Below are positions 56,521 through 64,000 of a stretch of 64,000 nt of DNA, piece after piece. How positions within the stretch are numbered: the stretch's first letter is position 1; each line of letters starts with the position of its first letter. The stretch comes from an uncultured virus (IMG/VR IMGVR_UViG_3300009432_000017) (taxonomy: Duplodnaviria > Heunggongvirae > Uroviricota > Caudoviricetes > Schitoviridae). Made by a program: the position numbers and the translations under genes. The stretch is from IMG/VR virus record IMGVR_UViG_3300009432_000017. The stretch is one strand, 5' to 3'. Below the pieces are notes generated by a model, which was not told the DNA's origin, ran no database searches, and saw nothing but the letters and a program-made list of their open reading frames with translations.

Positions 56521-56993
56521 GCTTCCACTATCTCGTTTGAACTGAGTTTTTTAAAATCAAATGCACCAAGTGATTCTAATATTTCAAAAGCCTCAGATTC
56601 TTTCCAATCCTTAAGATAAGGCGTAGCAAGCCAACCATAACTAAGTAAGTGTCTGTGGTTGAATTTCTTGCCTAAAGCCAAGTGATGGGTATTAAGTGCA
56701 TCAATCATTTCTTCCTGTCGTACAGGGTGATTGACGGCAATTTCTTCTGACTTCATGTACCGTTTGTTATTATCATCGATACCGAATACGGCTATGAACA
56801 CAGACCACTGGTGTCGTAAGGTAGATAAAAGCCTTACTTTGTTTTCTGTGATAGGTACTTTGGTTACGCTACGTAAGTCGATGAGTTGGCACCCATCTTT
56901 ACCAGCAATACATCCAATGGCTGAATTTTTTAATGCCACCTTAGCTACTAAGTCTAGTTGCTTTAGTGGGTTATACCTCTTGTTCTTACGCAT
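56517..56993 (-). CDS. Hypothetical protein
   Basis: 158-aa ORF with GAGG RBS. Confidence 0.8.
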   Translation of the reverse strand: MRKNKRYNPLKQLDLVAKVALKNSAIGCIAGKDGCQLIDLRSVTKVPITENKVRLLSTLRHQWSVFIAVFGIDDNNKRYMKSEEIAVNHPVRQEEMIDALNTHHLALGKKFNHRHLLSYGWLATPYLKDWKESEAFEILESLGAFDFKKLSSNEIVEA

Positions 56994-57024
56994 AATAACG
57001 TAATACCTCTTAAAAGAAAAAGCC

Positions 57025-59592
57025 CTATGAAGTTAGGGCTAATTTTATTGTTGCTCTTATGGACTCTTGATCTGCACCATTAGGGATAACTATCTCTTCT
57101 TTCCAGCTTGGGTAGAACAAAGATAACTCACCTCCTAAACCAACTGTATCGTGCTGTATTTCAGGCAACTCTTGCCATTCCATACATTGCACTAAGTTGA
57201 TGTTTAACCATTCCACTACCTCAATATCATCTCTTACTATGAAGTACTGGGCATCATGTATGTGAGCGACAGGTAGAATGTCATACCGGTAATCGGATTC
57301 CAGTGTTCTTTCTTGTAGGTCTATACCTGCACGGTTGTTGAGTAACCCATATGACTGACCAAGTGCATTACCGCCAGTTCTTCCTTCAGCCTGGGCTTCA
57401 TATGGAGTCTTGCGGCTATTCATTGCGGTTTGGTGGAGCAGAGGTGTTCTAACTCGTAGCCCAAAGGCCACTGTTAGGTAACCTACTTTAGCTGCGTCGT
57501 CTAACTTAGACTTTACCCACTCATCTGAGTGAACATACAAGGTGTGATAGTTAAGTTCTATGGATAAGGATTCTTCCTTAGTCAATCCAACGTCATTCAT
57601 TAACCCATGGTAAGTACCACCGTAGGTTAGTAAGAATGTAGGTTCTTTGGAGTCCTGCCTAAAATCTGGGTATAGAACTTTGATGCTGTTTATACTCACC
57701 ACAGTATTTACTATGTCAGGCATCTGAGCACCGTAGTAACTATGTGCCCTTAAGCAATGTCCATCGAAACCATCTGTGTAGACTTTAAGTTTCATTGGAT
57801 CTTGTGTGGTCAGTGCAGAGATTCTGTCTTCTAAAGAAGCAAAATCAGCTCCCATGAATACAAAACCAGGTGGAGCTACAAAACATGCCTTAATAATCTT
57901 GGCGTACTTTGAGCCAGTACTAGGAATGTTTTGTAAGTTGGGCCCAGATGAACTAAGTCGACCAGAGACTGTACCACCTAAGTTGAAATTACCGTGAAGG
58001 TAGTGGCAACCATCAGCCTTTAATACAGAGTTTTCAAGGGCAACAATAAAGGTGTTTAGTATCTTAGCTGCAGCAGAAAAGTCTTGTAGGGCACACATAA
58101 GTTCCTTAATAGCAGGATCATCAGTGTGGTTTACCAGCTTTTTGAGTGTCTTAGCTCCCACGGCAGGTGCCTTGGCTTTAGTCTTATCAATAATAGGTAA
58201 GTCCAAGTAGTCATACAGTAGCTGTTGCATCTGGAGGTTAGAGTTAGGGTTAAAGACATAGTCGTCAAAATGAGATAAGGGATGTACTTTTTTTACCAAC
58301 TTAGCATTGGCTTTATTCATCTCTTGCTCACGCAGTATGTAACCGAACTGGTCAATTATATCACTGGACATAATTAGGTCAGTAGCAGCTTTAATAGCTG
58401 TTTCTAGTATAACCCTTGCTTCAGCAACCCTAGTCATATCGACAGGCATACCAGTAAGTTCCATCTGCAGTATAACTTTAACGGATGGCTTCATAATAGT
58501 GCTGTAAATGTCTAACTGCTTACCAGCTACCATTTCAGGATAGTGCTTATCAAATACAAACCAGGTTGATAAACAATCTACCAGGTTGTACTTCATTAAG
58601 ACTGCAGGATCCATTTTAGTAATATCAGTGATGCCATCTTCAGCGTAGTTACCCGCGAACTCATGAGCTGCTGCTTTTAGACCAAGGACATTTCCGGCAC
58701 ATGAATTTGTAGCCAGATACCTAATAAGTTTAGTGTCATGAAAATTACGAGTAAGTAACTCAATACCGTTCTGCTTACCTTTTTCATCTAGTAGGTGCTC
58801 CATAAATAATGTGTTAATTAGGATCTTCATATCGAAATTGGCATTGTGATAAAGCAGGGTGCCTATGTACGTGTAGAAGAAGTTCTTAAGTAATTCCCTT
58901 ACTTTGGTATTGGATTCATTTTTATAGCTGTCACACCATATAACGATGCCGTTGTGTTTGTCCCAAGCAAAACCAATAGTGACAACCCCTGTTTCCCAGA
59001 AATTGAGGCTAAGTGTTTCTACATCTACAGAGAGTGCAGGGTGTTGCTTGATATCACTTAGATAACCATAAACATCTGCAGGTGTGTGGATGTACTTAGC
59101 TGACTTAATAATGTCTGCGCCAAGATCTTTGTGAGTACCTCTTACAAATTTAGATAACGTCTTAAGACCCATATCTAATTTGTCTTGTAAATCTGGGTTG
59201 TAGTAGAGCCCTTGGTAGTTAGGAACTAATACAACGTTCATGAACTCAAAGCCTTTTATGGCACAAGGCAGGACGTATCCATAATGTACTTCTGCTTTGC
59301 GTTGATTAGTGATTGTCTTAAAGTAGTTGGCGTCTGCTACAAGAAGTATTTTGGTACCTAGATCTTTGAGGATAGGTAACAAGTCTTGTAAGTAAGCTTT
59401 CTGTAACGGAACTGCAGGCTTTTTAGATGGGCCATACACTAGGTCGAAAGCACATATATTATTTGGCTTAATCCCTAGTGGTTTAAGTGGGTTTATATAA
59501 GCATTCTCTAAAGGTGCTTTGACTAACGAAGAAGGCTTAATAAGTAAGGCTACATCGTAAGTATCACTCTTATCGAAGACGATATGCTGCAT
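57025..59592 (-). CDS. DNA polymerase, family A (N4 gp39-like)
   Basis: Exonuclease DVET, HNANFD, YNLVD; TVSGRLSS.PNLQN, motif A DFASLE, motif B RQDSKEPTFLLTYGG, motif C HIHDA. Confidence 0.96.
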   Translation of the reverse strand: MQHIVFDKSDTYDVALLIKPSSLVKAPLENAYINPLKPLGIKPNNICAFDLVYGPSKKPAVPLQKAYLQDLLPILKDLGTKILLVADANYFKTITNQRKAEVHYGYVLPCAIKGFEFMNVVLVPNYQGLYYNPDLQDKLDMGLKTLSKFVRGTHKDLGADIIKSAKYIHTPADVYGYLSDIKQHPALSVDVETLSLNFWETGVVTIGFAWDKHNGIVIWCDSYKNESNTKVRELLKNFFYTYIGTLLYHNANFDMKILINTLFMEHLLDEKGKQNGIELLTRNFHDTKLIRYLATNSCAGNVLGLKAAAHEFAGNYAEDGITDITKMDPAVLMKYNLVDCLSTWFVFDKHYPEMVAGKQLDIYSTIMKPSVKVILQMELTGMPVDMTRVAEARVILETAIKAATDLIMSSDIIDQFGYILREQEMNKANAKLVKKVHPLSHFDDYVFNPNSNLQMQQLLYDYLDLPIIDKTKAKAPAVGAKTLKKLVNHTDDPAIKELMCALQDFSAAAKILNTFIVALENSVLKADGCHYLHGNFNLGGTVSGRLSSSGPNLQNIPSTGSKYAKIIKACFVAPPGFVFMGADFASLEDRISALTTQDPMKLKVYTDGFDGHCLRAHSYYGAQMPDIVNTVVSINSIKVLYPDFRQDSKEPTFLLTYGGTYHGLMNDVGLTKEESLSIELNYHTLYVHSDEWVKSKLDDAAKVGYLTVAFGLRVRTPLLHQTAMNSRKTPYEAQAEGRTGGNALGQSYGLLNNRAGIDLQERTLESDYRYDILPVAHIHDAQYFIVRDDIEVVEWLNINLVQCMEWQELPEIQHDTVGLGGELSLFYPSWKEEIVIPNGADQESIRATIKLALTS

Positions 59593-59596
59593 ATGA

Positions 59597-60115
59597 TTAT
59601 CCTTTTATGGATTTGATAACCACCTGTACGCTAATAAGTTTAAGAGTTTCTTTATGGGTTTCTTTAAATTTATATATTTTCTCTTTTGAAAGAGAAGGGT
59701 AGCTAGAATCAGGTAGAGGTAATGTAGGGTGAATGCACTCAGGGAGTAATTCGCGTAGGTCATTGGTGTTGCCCATAAGATTAAAGGCAGAGACTAGTAT
59801 GCTATCAACTCTGTGCTGTCTGTCAAGATGGACATCCCAGCTAGCAATGTGGTCTTTAAAGTCATCAACTAGTGATGAGTGTAGAGGCTTACATTGAAAT
59901 GGCTGAGAATAAACTAACTGATGTTGGTAGTGCTTTAAACCTAACCTGAATGCCGCAATGGATCTAGTTAGATTTCTATGCTTGAGTGCAAAGTCGTCTA
60001 CCACTTTCTGCTTACTATTATTGAAAGAGATGAGTAGAAAGTCCTTTATGGTATTGAAACAATTTACCTTAAAGTTACGCGGGTACTCACGTTTACTGTA
60101 GCTGGATTCCTCCAT
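59597..60115 (-). CDS. Hypothetical protein between helicase and polymerase
   Basis: 172-aa ORF in the operon with AGGAG RBS. Confidence 0.75.
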   Translation of the reverse strand: MEESSYSKREYPRNFKVNCFNTIKDFLLISFNNSKQKVVDDFALKHRNLTRSIAAFRLGLKHYQHQLVYSQPFQCKPLHSSLVDDFKDHIASWDVHLDRQHRVDSILVSAFNLMGNTNDLRELLPECIHPTLPLPDSSYPSLSKEKIYKFKETHKETLKLISVQVVIKSIKG

Positions 60116-61385
60116 TAGTTGCTCCTAGATATTTAGGGGGTAGGTCACCATACATGATGACTTGATCTGAAGGTCTTGAAGAGGCCACATATAATAATCT
60201 GGCTGTATCGCTAGGCATGTTACATCTACCTATGTCAGATAAGTCTATGAAGACTTGGCCATAGGTAGAGCCCTGTGATTTGTGAACAGTTGAGGCATAT
60301 GGCTGACGTAGATCACCCCATGTGTCCTTTATGTTGAAATACTTTTTCCAGTTTTTCTCTTTGGCGTAGTGCTTCATGAGAGCTTTGGCATCTTTTTGAG
60401 AGGTGGGAACAAAAATAACCCCTATATTTTCTAAGTAAACTTCATAGCCATCTATACCGAACATGGTAGTAGGTATAGAACTAACCACCTTAACAGGTGA
60501 ATCAGTACTGGCCTCAATTTTACCATAGATCATTATTGGACTATTAGTTATCAGAGTCTCTCCCGAAGGGAAGGGCTCTGTGATACCGCGTAAATCAGCA
60601 ATATAGTTGTTGTAGTCATTCACTCTTGTATTAGACCAAGCCAATACTTTAGCTGACTTATCTGCTACGTAATCTTTGCTTAGAAATGCTGCATCTATTA
60701 AAGACTGAAACTCAGTTCCAGATACATGAGTAACCATGCTACTGGTACCAGTGATTATGTCTTTGAACATTGAGCTTGTAACTGATTCACGGAACTGAGC
60801 TGATAACTCTTGTATTGGGCCTTGATTACGCATAATGGTAGTCAAATGTACTGTGGGAATTTTCCCATCAAACACAGGAGACTTAAAGGTACCCGGTTGT
60901 AGTAGCTGACATGGATCACCCATGAATACTATTTTACAAGATGTACTGGTCATTTCTCTTACTTTAAGTAAGAGCTCTGCATTCATGAAACTGGCTTCAT
61001 CTATAAAGATAAGAGTATCTGATTTTACATATGCACCTTTGGCAAGCTTAAGGAAAGTCTCACCTGTGTCGTAATTATTTCTTAAAACTAAGCCAAGGTA
61101 ACTATGTATAGTACTTGGCTCAGTATTAAGTGAGTGTGCTAATACATGCGCTGCTTTACGTGTTGTAGCAGTAATCTGTACGTTCTGAGGGACAGTTTTA
61201 GTTTTACCTAGTGCTTTAGCTGCAGCTTCATACTTATCTAAGTTATCAATTAAGTATTTAACTAGAGTAGTTTTACCCGTACCAGCAAAGCCAGATATAA
61301 CTAGCTCTGATTGGGCAGGGTGAAACAGAAATTCTACAAATGAGTCAACGGCAGCTAGTTGACAGGAATTTAAAGTGATAGTCAC
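60093..61385 (-). CDS. SF1B (RecD/Dda-like) DNA helicase (N4 gp37-like)
   Basis: GFAGTGKT, IDEAS, GDPCQL, YASTVHKSQGST, LLYVASSR; GTG start with AAGGAG RBS. Confidence 0.93.
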   Translation of the reverse strand: MTITLNSCQLAAVDSFVEFLFHPAQSELVISGFAGTGKTTLVKYLIDNLDKYEAAAKALGKTKTVPQNVQITATTRKAAHVLAHSLNTEPSTIHSYLGLVLRNNYDTGETFLKLAKGAYVKSDTLIFIDEASFMNAELLLKVREMTSTSCKIVFMGDPCQLLQPGTFKSPVFDGKIPTVHLTTIMRNQGPIQELSAQFRESVTSSMFKDIITGTSSMVTHVSGTEFQSLIDAAFLSKDYVADKSAKVLAWSNTRVNDYNNYIADLRGITEPFPSGETLITNSPIMIYGKIEASTDSPVKVVSSIPTTMFGIDGYEVYLENIGVIFVPTSQKDAKALMKHYAKEKNWKKYFNIKDTWGDLRQPYASTVHKSQGSTYGQVFIDLSDIGRCNMPSDTARLLYVASSRPSDQVIMYGDLPPKYLGATNGGIQLQ

Positions 61386-61499
61386 TGTGTTGCTCCTTGG
61401 TTGTTTATTAAAAGAATAATTGATTGACGTATTGCGTAGGACAGGCACGTCATTCCTGTATTATGTATAACTATATTCATCTACTGATTGGTGTTCTAC

Positions 61500-61595
61500 T
61501 TATGAAAAAGGTTCTGGGAGGGGCTTACCAGTAAGCGCTAATTTAGCAATGACTGTTTTATTTAGTGCTATGACCACGTCTGAGCGATAGCCCAT
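61500..61595 (-). pseudogene. Short, probably truncated ORF (MGYRSDV...)
   Basis: Strong AGGAG RBS and an N-terminus recalled from longer phage proteins, but stop after 31 aa. Confidence 0.4.
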
Positions 61596-61605
61596 AATAT
61601 TTCTC

Positions 61606-62718
61606 CTAATAAGTTATGACCTTACCTTTCTTAACCTTAAAGCTTGAGTGACCGTGGATGACCCAAAATATAGGTATACCTCTAGGTATCTCTTCATCAG
61701 CCGTATCAAAGTAACCATCTGTAAAGATGATTAGTATTTTTGGCTTGTGGGTTTTAGCCCATTCATACACTGGTTGGATTAACGTGCCCCCTCCACCTAT
61801 GAATTTTAGCTTTAGTAAATCAGCACGGTTCTGTATGAAAGCTTCCATCGTTATCTCAGTATCAAAACCCACTACGTGAGTTTTGCTAGGCTTCACCATA
61901 TTGTGTATGGAATGAATCTCTGATATGAATATGTCAGCTTCTGTTTGTGTTATTGAGCCAGATAGGTCAACTGCTACTGCAATCTCTCCTATGGCTGCTG
62001 AGTAGCGTGTAGGCATGTAATGGTCAGGCATGTACCTACGATTAGGTCTACTGAAGGTGTGGTCATCTTGTGCGAAGCTATTCAGACAATTGGCCAGTAT
62101 TCTGTGCCAAGGTAACTTGGGTGACACTAGCTTATCCAAGAATATTTCTACTTCACCTGGGATAGTACCAGCCTGGTTTTCCAACTTAGCCTGGATAGAT
62201 GCTTTTATTATTGTATCCTTTACTGCTTCAGCTATTGCTTTAGCTTGTTCGGGATCCGTAGGCATCTCTTCAAAGTCTTCTTCGAAGCCCTGTGGTAGTT
62301 CACTCTCTGGCTTCGGTACAAGCAAGTCATAGACTTCATAACTACTCATGGCTTTGTACTGCTTATCGAGTAGGCCGCCTTTTATGAACTCAAAGCCACT
62401 GTCTACTAACATCTGATTAATCACATAGTCAGTAGCGAAGTTCCATATCCTGAAGATACGCCCTTCTACTCTTGCCATGTGTTGGAATGCTACGTGGTAT
62501 GACTCATGAGCCAGTAAGAATATTCTTTGTCCTTTCGTTAAGTCTATAAAGAACTTAGGGTTTACCTTTAGGTAAACACCGTTAGTACATGCAGTAGGTA
62601 CAGTGCCATCCCACTCGAACCGCAAACTGAACAGTATAGTAGAAATGAATACACTGTCTGGTCTGCAGATCAGGTTAATCTTAGCCGAGTCCAATGCCTT
62701 ATCATGTTCAGTTTGCAT
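61606..62718 (-). CDS. Metallopeptidase-like plus VWA domain protein (DUF2201 type, N4 gp25-like)
   Basis: LAHESYH, AVDLSGSI MIDAS, GGGT, FTDG. Confidence 0.9.
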   Translation of the reverse strand: MQTEHDKALDSAKINLICRPDSVFISTILFSLRFEWDGTVPTACTNGVYLKVNPKFFIDLTKGQRIFLLAHESYHVAFQHMARVEGRIFRIWNFATDYVINQMLVDSGFEFIKGGLLDKQYKAMSSYEVYDLLVPKPESELPQGFEEDFEEMPTDPEQAKAIAEAVKDTIIKASIQAKLENQAGTIPGEVEIFLDKLVSPKLPWHRILANCLNSFAQDDHTFSRPNRRYMPDHYMPTRYSAAIGEIAVAVDLSGSITQTEADIFISEIHSIHNMVKPSKTHVVGFDTEITMEAFIQNRADLLKLKFIGGGGTLIQPVYEWAKTHKPKILIIFTDGYFDTADEEIPRGIPIFWVIHGHSSFKVKKGKVITY

Positions 62719-62740
62719 AGTGGTTCCTTTTTAAACCTTT

Positions 62741-63757
62741 TTAAAGGTGTGTGGCTACTTCAGTAATCTTCTTAATGAATAGCTCATTGGTTTCTACGAA
62801 AGGACAACGTCTACTCATTTCCCTGATTGTAATAATCTGGAACTCTTTAGGCAGTCTGTCTACGTAGGTAAGTAACCTACTGACATTGTCTTTCTCAGTG
62901 TTATCTGCAATTACGGCCGACATTGCGTATAGCGTACTTGGTTCATCTGGTACCTGTGCACTAGTAGGGCTCTCGATGATCTTTCTGATGTCAGGTAGTT
63001 GCTTAAATATCTTAGTAAATTGGTAGAACTCTCTGGCTACGCCTTCACTTAGTGCACCTGATAGTAGATTTACAAATTCAGGCTTTATCTCATCCCATAG
63101 GGAGATAAGCTTACTAGTAAACTCCCATGTTCTTGGGCAGGCGAAGGTCATATCAGAGTGGTCTGGATCAAACATTTGTAAACACGAGGGTCTGAAGTTG
63201 ATGTAGGAAGTTATCCGATAGTCAATATCGTTAGCCTGTGCCCACTCAATCCAGTCTGCTGTGCTTGGGATTAATTTTATGTGGATCAATCTTGATTGGT
63301 TTGCTGTAGACATTTGGTCTACTAACGCACCATCAGTATCTAAGTTACCTGCACACACTATGGCTACGTTCTTGTGTAGTTTGTGCTGACCTACCATTTT
63401 ATCCAGTGTCAACTTATAAGCTGCTTTCTGTACTGCAATTGAGGCTGAGTTAAACTCGTCCAAGAAAAGTAACCAACCACCTTTATCTTTAGGAAGTGGG
63501 TCACCTTCTAGTGGAAACATATCCATAGGGCAGTAATGTGCTTTACCGTTATCTCCCATAGTAGGGAATCCGTTTAAGTCTGTTGGGTCACACTGGCTTA
63601 ACCTGATATCGATTAACTGTAGGTTAAACTCATCTGCTATCTGAGAAGTGATATCTGATTTACCAATCCCTGGGCTGCCATGTAGCATAGGCACAAGTCG
63701 GGCTTTCAGTACTTCTCTTATATAACTGGTAGCCACACTCGGCTTTACTGCTTGCAT
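62741..63757 (-). CDS. MoxR-like AAA+ ATPase (N4 gp24-like)
   Basis: GSPGIGKS, LFLDE, AGN, PRTWE; paired with the VWA protein. Confidence 0.9.
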   Translation of the reverse strand: MQAVKPSVATSYIREVLKARLVPMLHGSPGIGKSDITSQIADEFNLQLIDIRLSQCDPTDLNGFPTMGDNGKAHYCPMDMFPLEGDPLPKDKGGWLLFLDEFNSASIAVQKAAYKLTLDKMVGQHKLHKNVAIVCAGNLDTDGALVDQMSTANQSRLIHIKLIPSTADWIEWAQANDIDYRITSYINFRPSCLQMFDPDHSDMTFACPRTWEFTSKLISLWDEIKPEFVNLLSGALSEGVAREFYQFTKIFKQLPDIRKIIESPTSAQVPDEPSTLYAMSAVIADNTEKDNVSRLLTYVDRLPKEFQIITIREMSRRCPFVETNELFIKKITEVATHL

Positions 63758-63808
63758 AGACAGTCCTTATATTTTTTAAATTAATGGGTTAAAGCAAACG
63801 GAGTTTGC

Positions 63809-63985
63809 CTAGTAAGATGGGATTTTTTTGAAGGTTAATTCTTTGGCTAGCTCTATTAACACTAGGTGTTCATCAAATAAATATTTATCGAACTGCGAAT
63901 AGGCTTGGTTTACGGTTACTGCTGCGAGGGTTTGGAACTGGTAATTAGTTTGGTTTACTGTTGCTTCACAATAATATTCTGTCAT
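63809..63985 (-). CDS. 58-aa hypothetical protein (not in ORF track)
   Basis: ATG 63985 with AGGAGGAG RBS; MTEYYCEATVNQ...KKIPSY*. Confidence 0.7.
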   Translation of the reverse strand: MTEYYCEATVNQTNYQFQTLAAVTVNQAYSQFDKYLFDEHLVLIELAKELTFKKIPSY

Positions 63986-64000
63986 TTACTCCTCCTTATT

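Noticed and set aside
57025..59592. Intein or intron in the polymerase, terminase, helicase or primase
   Set aside because: Lengths are ordinary for N4-like homologues, motifs are contiguous, and no splicing or homing-endonuclease motifs were seen.

Overview
This window is most of an N4-like (Schitoviridae) podophage genome of about 40% GC. The host is probably a marine Gammaproteobacterium (inference). The sequence is circularly permuted, with the packaged genome end probably near 2.2-2.4 kb. From left to right: small early genes on the minus strand behind three repeated hairpin promoters (1-2.2 kb); two putative anti-defence signal-sponge genes (Tad2/DUF2829 fusion and Gp49/Sf6-gp66 family); a late block (terminase, LamG-repeat fibre, adaptor, a membrane protein plus stand-alone response regulator, an inverted endolysin-holin cassette, multi-subunit tail fibres, portal, capsid, ejection proteins, a 3714-aa virion RNA polymerase); and a minus-strand middle/replication block (dUTPase, RuvC, SSB, AAA, primase, exonuclease, ThyX, PolA, helicase, VWA/MoxR). 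The most striking feature lies inside the replication block: an intact integration module made of a P4-type tyrosine integrase, an AlpA-type excisionase and an attP-like site. That site has repeated arm-type boxes and a 15-bp core that looks like the 3' end of a tRNA-Cys. Beside it are a Rep-like winged-helix gene and a palindrome-rich origin-like region. This points to a temperate member of a normally lytic group, with no CI-type repressor visible in the window. All family assignments come from motif recognition and N4 gene order, not from database searches.
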